From contig JACQPY010000005.1 in assembly GCA_016207275.1 (NCBI GenBank), forward strand, positions 1 to 43,314: a stretch of 43,314 nucleotides of DNA, given 5' to 3'. Positions 32,475 to 41,279 of this stretch are shown here, one piece after another; position 1 is the stretch's first letter; every line of letters begins with the position of its first letter. Under the pieces are notes generated by a model. That model had not been told where the DNA came from and made no database searches. It was given only the letters and a program-made list of their open reading frames with translations. A program made the translations under genes and the position numbers. The stretch is from Candidatus Kerfeldbacteria bacterium. GTDB taxonomy: Bacteria; Patescibacteriota; Patescibacteriia; SBBC01.

Positions 32475-33248
32475 ATGGTGGTGCGTCATCGCCGGATACC
32501 GTACGTGATTCTCGGCGCTGTTTTCGCGTTGTGGTGTTTCCCTCGTGTTGCATCGGCGAAGGTTCCGGCGACATTTTCAGAAGGTATGGCGTCTTTGAAC
32601 TTCGACGACGGGTGGAAAAATTTTTACACGAACGCGTTGCCGCTTCTCCAAAAAGCAAAGGTGAAAGCCACGCTCTACCCCGTTTCCGGCTATGTCAAAG
32701 AACGGCGCAAGCAGTTCATGACCGCGGCGCTGTTGCGAGCAGTCGAAGCGCAGGGACACGAGATCGGTGCCCATACGCAGTACCACGTGCTTCTGACAAA
32801 GGTGACGCGCCAGCGCGCCGACCGTGAGATTCGGCAATCACGTCAGGATCTCGAAGACCTCGGTGTTCGCTCGGTCACGACCTTTGCGTATCCGTACGGC
32901 GTTTACAGCCGACGCCTCCGCGGCGTGGTGCGGGAGACGGGCTACTCCGGCGCGCGCATCAGTTCGTGCGGTCTAAACTCGCCGCGGAGCGATCGATTAT
33001 TGCTCAAAACGTGCGCGGTTAGCAGGAAGATGAAGGTTGCGCGGCTCAAATCATGGATTGATGATGCGGTACGAGAAAAACGATGGTTGATTATCACCTT
33101 CCATGACGTACAAAAGAAGCCAAGGAGGTACGGGACAACGCCGAACGTCCTGGAAGAAATCCTGAAATACTTGAAGCAGAAACGGGTCCGAGTGGTCACC
33201 AACAGCCAGGGCCTGCAAATCATCAACGAAATCAGGCTGACCAATTGA
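32475..33248 (+). CDS. polysaccharide deacetylase (NodB homology domain) with N-terminal membrane anchor
   Basis: LNFDDGW, EIGAHTQYH and FAYPYG motifs. The start is taken at MVVRHRRIPYVILGAVF (ATG 32475); the ORF-track extension upstream is the translated P1 repeat. Confidence 0.8.
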   Translation: MVVRHRRIPYVILGAVFALWCFPRVASAKVPATFSEGMASLNFDDGWKNFYTNALPLLQKAKVKATLYPVSGYVKERRKQFMTAALLRAVEAQGHEIGAHTQYHVLLTKVTRQRADREIRQSRQDLEDLGVRSVTTFAYPYGVYSRRLRGVVRETGYSGARISSCGLNSPRSDRLLLKTCAVSRKMKVARLKSWIDDAVREKRWLIITFHDVQKKPRRYGTTPNVLEEILKYLKQKRVRVVTNSQGLQIINEIRLTN

Positions 33249-33382
33249 AGGCGTTGCTCAAAATCAGGATGTTGACTGCTGCAACTCGGTGCGACTAATA
33301 GTTACGAGGGGCTGAAGTTCGGCTTGACCCCCCCTCGGGGGTTGTATAGTGTTATTTCAGGTATCATTAACTACCAGATATT

Positions 33383-34366
33383 ATGAAAAAGGCAGAGCTC
33401 ACCCTAGCATCAGGAGCGCTTATTGGCGCTCTAGTCTTTTTCGGTCAGTCGGTTCAGGCGGCCGGCCCGGACATTGATGACATTACCGCATCCACAGGGA
33501 AAAACTCCGCTACGGTCAGCTGGACGACTGACGTTTCCTCGTCCTGCACTTTGGAGTACGGTACAGAATCTGGAGTCTACGCCGCGCGTCAATCATCGAA
33601 TCCTGGGACTGAGCATAGCGTGTACTCGGGTGGTTTGGCGGAGACGACAACGTACTACTACCGGATGAGCTGTACTGACGGCGATGGAGCAACAACTCGT
33701 TCCACGGAACGCTCATTCACCACAAAAACTACAACTCTCGCCTTCACCGATGTCCACGTCACGGCTCTCGGCAGCAACGCGATGGTAGTGGAAGCCGTGA
33801 CGAATAAAAATGCCCACACCACACTGTACTACGGCACCTCACCTGATGCGCTTACCAACACCGCAGCGGAAGCAAACAGATTCAGTCCCGTTGGCCAGAC
33901 AGTTCACTACCATGCGATCAAGAATCTCAAACCAGAAACGACGTACTACTTCAAAGTGACCGCCGGGCAGAACTCGACGTTCTTCGACAATCCAGAGACG
34001 GCTGAGTCAGTCGTTGAGAACGACACGACGAGGAAGCAGACGAAAGTCACGAGCATAAAACCGACGAAGGGCGGAAACGGAACCAAGCTGACAATCAAGG
34101 GTCAAGGATTCGGCGGAGGACACAGCTCATTGAATCCTGAACTCCTGACCGCGGTCGGCGTCGGATGCAAGCTCAGCAAGTGGCCGAAGACCGCCCCCTC
34201 GTGTCTGGCGAGGGTGCTCTCATGGACTGATTCAAAGATTGTCGTCCGAGTCGGGAAAAACGCAAAAACCGGTCCAGTCTACATCGGTAAAGCGTATGAC
34301 ATCGGCTTCCAGTTTACTCCAGAGAACATCTATACGGTCAAAGGACCGACGTTCACAAAGAAATAG
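33383..34366 (+). CDS. secreted protein with fibronectin-III-like repeats and a C-terminal IPT/TIG-like domain
   Basis: Signal peptide MKKAELTLASGALIGALVFFGQSVQAAG, two SWTT...YGT...TYYY(R/F)-type modules, and VTSIKPTKGGNGTKLTIKGQGFG. Confidence 0.7.
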   Translation: MKKAELTLASGALIGALVFFGQSVQAAGPDIDDITASTGKNSATVSWTTDVSSSCTLEYGTESGVYAARQSSNPGTEHSVYSGGLAETTTYYYRMSCTDGDGATTRSTERSFTTKTTTLAFTDVHVTALGSNAMVVEAVTNKNAHTTLYYGTSPDALTNTAAEANRFSPVGQTVHYHAIKNLKPETTYYFKVTAGQNSTFFDNPETAESVVENDTTRKQTKVTSIKPTKGGNGTKLTIKGQGFGGGHSSLNPELLTAVGVGCKLSKWPKTAPSCLARVLSWTDSKIVVRVGKNAKTGPVYIGKAYDIGFQFTPENIYTVKGPTFTKK

Positions 34367-34380
34367 CATCAACGGACAAT

Positions 34381-34487
34381 CCCCCGCACCCTGTCACTCT
34401 GAGGCGAAGCCGAAGAGCCTCCAACAGACTACAGCCTGGCTGGAGATCCTTCGCTGACGCTCAGGATGACAGGATGGGTGCGGGGGG
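34381..34487. repeat. 107-nt nested palindromic element (copy P2)
   Basis: Outer arms CCCCCGCACC / GGTGCGGGGG. Inner arms CTGTCACTCTGAGGCGAAGCCGAAGAGCCTCC / GGAGATCCTTCGCTGACGCTCAGGATGACAG. It lies between convergent genes. Confidence 0.7.
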
Positions 34488-34495
34488 TTGATTAT

Positions 34496-35698
34496 TTAAA
34501 ACACCGCCAACTGCGGATTGGCCGACGTCACGCGGTAGACTTCCTCGAGCGTCGTCCTTCCGGCCTTCGCCTTTGCAATGCCATCGTCGCGGAGCGTCCT
34601 CATTCCTTTGTGCCGCGCTGCTTTCGCGATAGTCTCGTACGCCGCCCGACCGGTGATGAGGCTGCGGATCTCCTCGTCCGGTTCAAGCAGCTCGAAGATG
34701 CCGGTTCGGCCGAGGTAGCCGGTCAGGCCGCACTGCTCGCAGCCTTTGGCGCGGTAGAGCGTGACGTTTTTGCCGGTCAAGCCGAGCTCGTCAGCCAGCT
34801 CGGGCGAGGCTTGGTAGGCTTCACGGCAGGTTTGGCAGACCAGACGCACCAGTCGCTGGGCCACGACACCGATGGTTGAGGAAGCGATTAAAACCGGCTC
34901 CACACCCATGTCAGTCAGGCGGGCTAACGCCCCGATCGAGTCGTTGGTGTGGACCGTGGCTAAGACCAGGTGGCCGGTCAGCGCCGCCCGGACGGCGATT
35001 TCGCCGGTTTCGGTGTCGCGAATTTCGCCGAGCAGCAGGACATCCGGGTCTTGCCGCAAGACCGCCCGCAAGCCCGAGGCAAAGGTCAGGCCGGCGTCGG
35101 GATCGACCTGGGTCTGTCGAATCAGCGGCAGCTGGTACTCGACCGGGTCTTCCAGCGTAACGATGCTCTTCTCGACTGAGTTAATCATGTTAAGGGTCGA
35201 GTAGAGGGTGGTGGTTTTGCCGGAGCCGTTCGGGCCGGTGACGAAGATAATGCCGTACGGACTCCGGACCATCTGGTCGTAGGCTTGCCGCGTCTCCGGC
35301 GACATGCCGAGCTGCTCCAGGCCGAAGACGATCGACGATTTGTCGAGCAGGCGCAAGACGATGTTCTCGCCGAAAATGGTGGGGAAGGTCGAGACGCGGA
35401 CATCGAGCGCTCGGTCGCCGACGGTCAGGTGAAAGCGGCCATCCTGCGGACGGCGGCGTTCGGTGATATCAAGTTCGGCCAAGATTTTGACTCGCGAGAC
35501 CAGTGATTCCAGCAGCGAGATTGGGTGCTTCTCGATTTCCCGTAAAATTCCGTCGATGCGAAAGCGTACCCGGACGACGTCAAGCTCTGGTTCAAGGTGG
35601 ATGTCCGAGGCGTTGTTGGTCACGCCCAACTGAACGATCGTGGTCAGGAGCTGGACAATGACGCCGGAGCTTTCGGTGGTCGACGGCTGCTTGGCCAT
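34496..35698 (-). CDS. type II secretion / type IV pilus assembly ATPase (GspE/PilB family, short form)
   Basis: DIHLEP...VRFRIDG, Walker A GPNGSGKTTT, Asp and His boxes, and a C-terminal tetracysteine CQTC...CEQC. Confidence 0.85.
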   Translation of the reverse strand: MAKQPSTTESSGVIVQLLTTIVQLGVTNNASDIHLEPELDVVRVRFRIDGILREIEKHPISLLESLVSRVKILAELDITERRRPQDGRFHLTVGDRALDVRVSTFPTIFGENIVLRLLDKSSIVFGLEQLGMSPETRQAYDQMVRSPYGIIFVTGPNGSGKTTTLYSTLNMINSVEKSIVTLEDPVEYQLPLIRQTQVDPDAGLTFASGLRAVLRQDPDVLLLGEIRDTETGEIAVRAALTGHLVLATVHTNDSIGALARLTDMGVEPVLIASSTIGVVAQRLVRLVCQTCREAYQASPELADELGLTGKNVTLYRAKGCEQCGLTGYLGRTGIFELLEPDEEIRSLITGRAAYETIAKAARHKGMRTLRDDGIAKAKAGRTTLEEVYRVTSANPQLAVF

Positions 35699-35704
35699 GA
35701 AAGC

Positions 35705-35713
35705 ATTGTAGCA
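35705..35713 (-). promoter_or_regulatory. extended -10 element giving a leaderless mRNA for the ATPase gene
   Basis: On the minus strand TGCTACAAT is followed by 6 nt and then the ATG. There is no SD and the -35 is poor. Confidence 0.35.
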
Positions 35714-35747
35714 CTTTTCTCACCTGACACCATACGGAATGAGCGGC

Positions 35748-35776
35748 TTGACCTTTTTTTCGTCTTCCGATATCCT
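35748..35776 (+). promoter_or_regulatory. sigma70-like promoter for rpsP
   Basis: TTGACC, 17-nt spacer, TATCCT. Confidence 0.45.
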
Positions 35777-35840
35777 GTCCAAGCAATCATACCGCCGATA
35801 CAGCGGCGGGCTACTGATAACCGTCAACTGTTAACTGATT

Positions 35841-36245
35841 ATGCTCACCATCCGTCTCCGCCGCATCGGCAAACGCCGGCACGCCACCTTCCGCTTCGTG
35901 GTGATGGAAAAATCGCGCAGTCCGCAGAGCCGGGCGGTTGAATTCGTCGGCTCGTACGATCCCCACGCCGATCCGCCGACGGTCAACCTTAAACGCGACC
36001 GCGTGGAGCACTGGCTGAAGGTTGGCGCCCAGCCGTCTGAAACTGTCCATAATATTTTAGTTGATGCCGGGTTGGTAACTGGTCCAAAGGTGAAGGTGGC
36101 TAAGCCGAAGAAGAAAGAAGCTCCGGCTGAACCATCCGCTGCCGCCGCTCCGGCCGCGCCAGAGGCAAAAACTGAAGAGAAGAAAGAGGAAAAGACTGAA
36201 GTCAAGGCGGAGGCTAAAACTGAAGCGTCGGCTGAGGCGAAGTAA
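35841..36245 (+). CDS. rpsP: 30S ribosomal protein S16 with Ala/Lys/Glu-rich C-terminal tail
   Basis: MLTIRLRRIGKRRHATFRFVV...YDP...RVEHWLKVGAQPSETV. Confidence 0.9.
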   Translation: MLTIRLRRIGKRRHATFRFVVMEKSRSPQSRAVEFVGSYDPHADPPTVNLKRDRVEHWLKVGAQPSETVHNILVDAGLVTGPKVKVAKPKKKEAPAEPSAAAAPAAPEAKTEEKKEEKTEVKAEAKTEASAEAK

Positions 36246-36510
36246 CTGGCTACGCGCCGGGGACTACCCCGTACCGTCACCTCGAGCAACGCGAGAGGTC
36301 TCATTTTCATCGGGATTTCTCGCTACACTCGAAATGACGGCTTTTTTTGGGGTCCGGCGCAAGCGGGTTGACGTCGGCTAGGAGCCGCTGGTACCCTGGG
36401 TAGTATCCACGAGCTGGGGAAGGGGCAGGAATCTCCGCTGTACCCGAGGTCGACAGACTCGCTGGCAATGATAGTTCGAACTGTACGGTAACGAATCTAC
36501 TGAGCACTGT

Positions 36511-36882
36511 ATGGCAGAAGGAACACAGGAAGACCAGGTGTTCGTCGAGTACGTCGTCAAAGCGCTGGTGGACCGGCCGGACGACGTTAAGTCCGAGCGC
36601 ACGGTCGATGAAATGGGCGTCCTGATCACCCTTAAGGTCAATCCGCAGGACCTCGGCCAAGTCATCGGTCGTCAGGGTCAAACGGCGAAGTCACTCCGTA
36701 CCCTGTTGCGGGTGGTTGGCGCAAAAAACCACGCCCGGGTAAACCTCAAGATTTACGAACCGGAAGGTTACCGCAAGGGGCCGCGACGCGAGAGCGCTGG
36801 CGGCGGCGACCAAGCCGGGCCGGCACCGGCACCGGCCGCGACTGATGACATAATGTCACCGGTCGACGACCTGAAACTGTAA
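36511..36882 (+). CDS. KH-domain RNA-binding protein (YlqC/UPF0109 family)
   Basis: VEYVVKALVDRPDDV and the GxxG-type KH loop VIGRQGQTAKSLRTLL. It occupies the usual position after rpsP. Confidence 0.8.
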   Translation: MAEGTQEDQVFVEYVVKALVDRPDDVKSERTVDEMGVLITLKVNPQDLGQVIGRQGQTAKSLRTLLRVVGAKNHARVNLKIYEPEGYRKGPRRESAGGGDQAGPAPAPAATDDIMSPVDDLKL

Positions 36883-36900
36883 TTCGCATTAAAAACCGGA

Positions 36901-36929
36901 CGCTCTCGTTACGAGGGCGTTTTGGTTTT
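36901..36929 (+). terminator. putative intrinsic terminator after the KH-protein gene
   Basis: CGCTCTCG-TTAC-GAGGGCG followed by TTTTGGTTTT. Confidence 0.5.
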
Positions 36930-36948
36930 ATGAACAAAGTAGATCGCT

Positions 36949-37028
36949 CCTCACCTGTCCTCTCCTCAGAGAGGAGAGGGACTGATTGTAGAGTGCCTCT
37001 CTTTTGAAAAAGGAGAGGCCAGGTGAGG
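36949..37028. repeat. 80-nt palindromic element between the KH-protein gene and trmD
   Basis: CCTCACCTGTCCTCTCC ... GGAGAGGCCAGGTGAGG: 17-nt arms with one mismatch. Confidence 0.6.
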
Positions 37029-37055
37029 ATATTCATGGCGTGATATAATCATGAC

Positions 37056-37700
37056 ATGCGTTTTGACGTCGTCACCATCTTTCCGAAAATGTTTGGTGCG
37101 TACCTGAACGAGAGCATTATCAAGCGGGCGCAGCGGAAAAAATTGGTGTCGTTCCATTTCCACGATCTGCGCGACTTCACGACTGACAAGCATCGCAGCG
37201 TGGACGATCGGCCGTACGGCGGCGGGCCAGGCATGGTCATGAAAGTTGAGCCGATTTACAAAGCTTTGAAAGCTGTCCCGCGAAAAGGCAAACGGCGCGT
37301 GCTCCTGATGTCCGCCAAGGGTAAGATGTTCATGCAAGCCGATGCGCGGCGGCTATTGAAATACAAACAAATCGTCATCATTTGCCCGCGGTACGAAGGG
37401 GTGGATGAACGGGTACTCGATTACGTTGACGAGGAGATTTCCATCGGGCCGTACGTCCTGACGGGCGGCGAACTGCCGGCGATGGTGGTGATGGATGCAG
37501 TCACGAGGCTGATTCCCGGTGTCCTGGGCAAGGACGAGTCGAGCCTGGACGAATCGCATAGCCAAGCGGGCGTTTTGGAGTACCCGCAGTTTACACGGCC
37601 GGAAGTGTGGCGTCGAAAACACGTACCAAGGGTGTTGCTGTCTGGAGATCATAACAAAATCGCGGCCTGGAGGCAGCGATTGAGGAAACGTATTCAATGA
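37056..37700 (+). CDS. trmD: tRNA (guanine37-N1)-methyltransferase
   Basis: MRFDVVTIFPKMF, DDRPYGGGPGMVM, CPRYEGVDERV and LTGGELPAMV. Confidence 0.93.
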   Translation: MRFDVVTIFPKMFGAYLNESIIKRAQRKKLVSFHFHDLRDFTTDKHRSVDDRPYGGGPGMVMKVEPIYKALKAVPRKGKRRVLLMSAKGKMFMQADARRLLKYKQIVIICPRYEGVDERVLDYVDEEISIGPYVLTGGELPAMVVMDAVTRLIPGVLGKDESSLDESHSQAGVLEYPQFTRPEVWRRKHVPRVLLSGDHNKIAAWRQRLRKRIQ

Positions 37701-37809
37701 ACTTGTAGCGTGCCCATATATGGGCGGTCAACCTAATGGATGGAAGAAAGAAATTACAATTGACTTTTATTAGAGTCGCCGATGAATCGGCACGCTACCA
37801 GGTTTTTTA

Positions 37810-38457
37810 ATGTTTAAATCCGAACCATTTCTGTTGTGTGTTCAGTCCGTCGTCAAGCTCAAGGATAAATCGGTCCTCGACATCGGTTGCGGCGACGGCC
37901 TGCGAACGAAGGGAATAGCCGCCGTGGCGAAGCACGTCATGGCTGTTGATCCCGATGCTGAGGTGATTGCCCAAGCGAAAAAGGAAAACGGCGCCAAGAA
38001 CGTCGAATATCGGCGGGCTGACGGGCGGAAGCTCCCCTTCAGCGATCGAATCTTTGACGTCGTCATCTTCACCATGTCGTTCCACCACCTGCCGACCAAA
38101 GACATGCCGCCAGCGCTCGACGAGGCATTACGCGTGACGAAACGCGGCGGATACTTGGCGTTTTTCGAACCGGACTGGGCCGGGACCATCATTGAGGCGG
38201 AACGACGATTTGGATTTGGCGATGGTGACATTCGCGACGTTAAGGCGTACGCCTACCACGTGATGCTGACTGAATCGCGGATGGCAGAAGTGGCCGAATT
38301 CTTTAACCAGGCCGTCTTCACCTACCGCTCGGTCCAGGAGTTTGCCAAGCTCGAGCAACCGCGGCGCGGTTCGCGGTCCGAGTGGAAAGCTTTTTTAGAA
38401 AAGAATCGCTACCGGCTCTGGGCAGACGAACGGACGAACATTTTCAGAAAAAAATAG
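37810..38457 (+). CDS. class I SAM-dependent methyltransferase
   Basis: Motif I VLDIGCGDGL and post-I/II blocks (FDVVIFTMSFHH). The substrate is unknown. Confidence 0.75.
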   Translation: MFKSEPFLLCVQSVVKLKDKSVLDIGCGDGLRTKGIAAVAKHVMAVDPDAEVIAQAKKENGAKNVEYRRADGRKLPFSDRIFDVVIFTMSFHHLPTKDMPPALDEALRVTKRGGYLAFFEPDWAGTIIEAERRFGFGDGDIRDVKAYAYHVMLTESRMAEVAEFFNQAVFTYRSVQEFAKLEQPRRGSRSEWKAFLEKNRYRLWADERTNIFRKK

Positions 38458-39879
38458 ATGGACGACGCCGTTCCGATTCCGTCTGGAGGGCTGAAGAAGT
38501 ACCTGAGCGTGCTGGCGCACCGGAATTTTCGCTTACTCTGGCTCGCCCAGGTCTGCGCCAAGCTCTCGGAAAACTTCCTGAACTTTGCGCTGGTCATCCT
38601 GCTGTTTCAGGTGACCAACTCGACGTTCCTGGTATCGGTGTTGGTGGCCTTGGTGTCGATTCCGCCGATTCTGTTTTCGGCCGGCGCCGGCGTATTCGCC
38701 GATTCGTACAACCGCAAGAAAATTATGTTAGCGACCAACTTCTTGCGTTTGTTGCTGGTGGTGCCGGTGTTGGTCTCATGGCAAGAACCGTCATTCCTGC
38801 TCGGTAGCGCGTTTGTCCTGGCCGTGTTCGCGCAGTTCTTTTCCCCGGCGGAAGTGGCATCGATTCCGACGCTCGTCCCGAAAGAACAGCTCTTTACGGC
38901 CAATGCTTTCTACCAGTTCACCGGCTACGCCGCCTTTCTGCTCGGCTACTCGCTGGCCGGACCGTCGCTCCATCGTCTCGGTGAAGGATCGACGTTGCTG
39001 ATTTCCCTTGGCTTGTACGCGCTCGCCGTGATCCTGGTGGCCTTCTTACCGAACCTCAACGCCCACCTGCTGAAACTGTCGCAGATCGAACTCGCAGTTC
39101 ACCGAAGTTACCGGCAGTTCTGGCAGCGCCTGCTCGAAGGCGTGCGGTTCATCCGCCAGCATCCCGTGGTGTTATTCATCATCATTCAAGTCGGAGTGCT
39201 GTTCGCGATAGAAAAGAGTTTCATCTCCCTCGCCCCGTCGTTCTCGCAAAACCTCCTGAGGTTCAACGTCGAAGAGCTGAGCTTGTTCCTGATCGTGCCG
39301 ACCGGCATCGGCGCGTTCGTCGGCGCCATCGTGGCCAACGCGGTCAGGGGTAAATTCCAAAAAGACCACTTGATCAGTTTTGGCATGGTGCTCGATGGTA
39401 TTGCATTGTTTTTCTTGGCATTCATAACGCAGATCGTTGATTTCGGCGTTGGCCTGGGGTTGTCAGCGGCCGTCGCCCTGAAAACGTTCGTGGTGATGAT
39501 GGCCTTCCTGTCCGGATTTGCCGATCCGTTCATTATCATTTCTGCACAAACGGCTATCCATGAACTGGTACCGAACGAAGACCGCGGCCGCGTGTTCGGC
39601 GTGCTCTACACAGTCATCAACACCATGAGCATCGTTCCGGTGCTGATCATCGGCGCATTAACTACACGCGGCATTGCCATTCAGGCGATTGTCGTTGGCC
39701 TGGGGCTGGTCATCCTGGCAGCCGCGGTCATTGGCGTGGTGTACTATCGTGGACATCATCTGGGAAGAGAGGCTCCCACCACCCCCTCCCTCATCGCCCC
39801 CGATCGAGTCGGGGCTGCTCGGGACACCCCTTCCCGAAACAAGTTCGGGACAGGCTCTCGGGCAGGAGGGGATGTATAA
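38458..39879 (+). CDS. MFS transporter
   Basis: 473 aa with about 12 TM helices and N-terminal FRLLWLAQVCAKLSENF typical of the MFS_3/EntS-like group. The last 35 or so codons run into repeat-like sequence, so the C-terminus is uncertain. Confidence 0.8.
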   Translation: MDDAVPIPSGGLKKYLSVLAHRNFRLLWLAQVCAKLSENFLNFALVILLFQVTNSTFLVSVLVALVSIPPILFSAGAGVFADSYNRKKIMLATNFLRLLLVVPVLVSWQEPSFLLGSAFVLAVFAQFFSPAEVASIPTLVPKEQLFTANAFYQFTGYAAFLLGYSLAGPSLHRLGEGSTLLISLGLYALAVILVAFLPNLNAHLLKLSQIELAVHRSYRQFWQRLLEGVRFIRQHPVVLFIIIQVGVLFAIEKSFISLAPSFSQNLLRFNVEELSLFLIVPTGIGAFVGAIVANAVRGKFQKDHLISFGMVLDGIALFFLAFITQIVDFGVGLGLSAAVALKTFVVMMAFLSGFADPFIIISAQTAIHELVPNEDRGRVFGVLYTVINTMSIVPVLIIGALTTRGIAIQAIVVGLGLVILAAAVIGVVYYRGHHLGREAPTTPSLIAPDRVGAARDTPSRNKFGTGSRAGGDV

Positions 39880-40025
39880 GAAACGAGCCCCGCTGGATGT
39901 TCAGTCCATTGGGGCTCTGTAATGCTTGCGACCTCGCGTATCTCCTTGAAGGAGAACGGTTGGCACGCGTTGTTCGACCTACGTCGTGGGCTGGTAAACG
40001 GACATGGTCGGCAGACACTGTTTTT

Positions 40026-40130
40026 CTAAGGCGGGGACCTGAAGGCCAGGTCGAGCGCCAGGCAGAACAACAGAACGAGAATGATTGCTGTTTTCGGATG
40101 TCGATCAAAGAAATCCAGTAACCTCTGCAT
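40026..40130 (-). CDS. very small membrane peptide (34 aa)
   Basis: GAGGAGGAG upstream. MQRLLDFFDRHPKTAIILVLLFCLALDLAFRSPP. It is too short for the ORF track. Confidence 0.35.
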   Translation of the reverse strand: MQRLLDFFDRHPKTAIILVLLFCLALDLAFRSPP

Positions 40131-40161
40131 AGCTTCTTCTCCTCCTCACGCTTCCGGATCA

Positions 40162-40242
40162 ATCCCGTTAGAGGGTTGCTCCGGTCGGCGCGTTGAGACT
40201 GTCCGTTCATCAGGGCTGTTAACTGCGGCCCTCTAACGGGAT
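40162..40242. repeat. REPIN/MITE-like element, ATCCCGTTAGA terminal inverted repeats (copy 3)
   Basis: ATCCCGTTAGAGGG ... CCCTCTAACGGGAT: 14-bp perfect arms around 53 nt. The interior is unrelated to copies 1 and 2. Confidence 0.65.
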
Positions 40243-40302
40243 CAATCCGGGCGTGGTTGGTCCGTTTCGTCGTGAGACAATTCGGACACGGGGGTGGTTG
40301 AC

Positions 40303-40455
40303 TTAGTCCGGAATCTCTTCCATCTCCCGAACCGGCGGCTCGTGGCTGCCGGCGCAGAAGTTGTCCTCCCGATCGTGGTGCGGCTTGATCACCAGCTGGC
40401 GCTCGTGCATCTCGAGCTCGACCGTCGCACGACACACTGAACAGGTTCCGTTCAC
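40303..40455 (-). CDS. small Cys/His-containing protein (50 aa)
   Basis: GTG start 6 nt after AAGGAGG. VNGTCSVCRATVELEMHERQLVIKPHHDREDNFCAGSHEPPVREMEEIPD, with a CxxC...C..H pattern. Confidence 0.4.
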   Translation of the reverse strand: MNGTCSVCRATVELEMHERQLVIKPHHDREDNFCAGSHEPPVREMEEIPD

Positions 40456-40501
40456 GGCTCGCCTCCTTGGCTTGGGGTTTACTGCATTACTGCAACTACA
40501 G

Positions 40502-40687
40502 CTAGTGGTACGGGGTTCCGGATCGGTAGGCCGCCAGAGCAGCGACCGCTCGTTCCTTCATGCCGCGCCACAGGTCTTTGAGCGGACTGCCGTTCGCCTG
40601 ACGAATGAGACGGTTGGCCTCGTCCATCAGGAACACATACGGCTGTTCGAGGATCCGCCATTCCTCCGGCGTGTCGGTCAGGTACAT
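40502..40687 (-). CDS. hypothetical small protein (61 aa)
   Basis: AAGGAGAC upstream of ATG 40687 (MYLTDTPEEWRILEQ...). The ORF-track start at 40807 overlaps the upstream gene. Confidence 0.5.
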   Translation of the reverse strand: MYLTDTPEEWRILEQPYVFLMDEANRLIRQANGSPLKDLWRGMKERAVAALAAYRSGTPYH

Positions 40688-40719
40688 TATTTGTCTCCTT
40701 CGGATTGCGTTTGATCGAT

Positions 40720-41217
40720 TTACTCCGGTTCGGCATCCGATTCGAGGCCACACTCCTCGATCGTCGGTTCCAGCTCGATCTTCGCGGCGCGAACTGCGTA
40801 ACACCACTTACTCAATCGTTTGATCGACGGGTGCGGATCGTCGGGGGCCTGCGGCCGCTTCGCGTCGTACACGACGTCACCGCCGGTCTCGACGACGATG
40901 TCTCCCCAGACGCGAATCCAGAATTGAGGCGCGATGAGAGTATTCTCAAAGGCCTCGGCGATAACTTGCCGTGGGTCTTCGGAAGAACGATCCGGCTCGA
41001 TCGGAGTGAACCGCAACAAACTACGCTGTACTTCTTCAAGTGACATTACCTCGTCGTGTTTCAAGAAGACGGTGTTGTTCGATGTCCGGATTTCGAGCGA
41101 ACCAAACAGGGGAACCGGAATCTCGTCGACGGTAAAAAACGATGCGTCTTCCGCCCTGAAGTCCCGGTAGCTTTCGACAGCCAGTGAAACAAGGAGTGCT
41201 ACACCACTGAGTTCCAT
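40720..41217 (-). CDS. hypothetical protein (165 aa)
   Basis: TAGGAGGCG upstream of the ATG. The C-terminus is acidic. No family recognised. Confidence 0.55.
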   Translation of the reverse strand: MELSGVALLVSLAVESYRDFRAEDASFFTVDEIPVPLFGSLEIRTSNNTVFLKHDEVMSLEEVQRSLLRFTPIEPDRSSEDPRQVIAEAFENTLIAPQFWIRVWGDIVVETGGDVVYDAKRPQAPDDPHPSIKRLSKWCYAVRAAKIELEPTIEECGLESDAEPE

Positions 41218-41279
41218 ACGCGCCTCCTATTTCGCGCTCACTTCGTCGCGTCGTAGATGCGGCCGCGAGCAGTCGTGGT

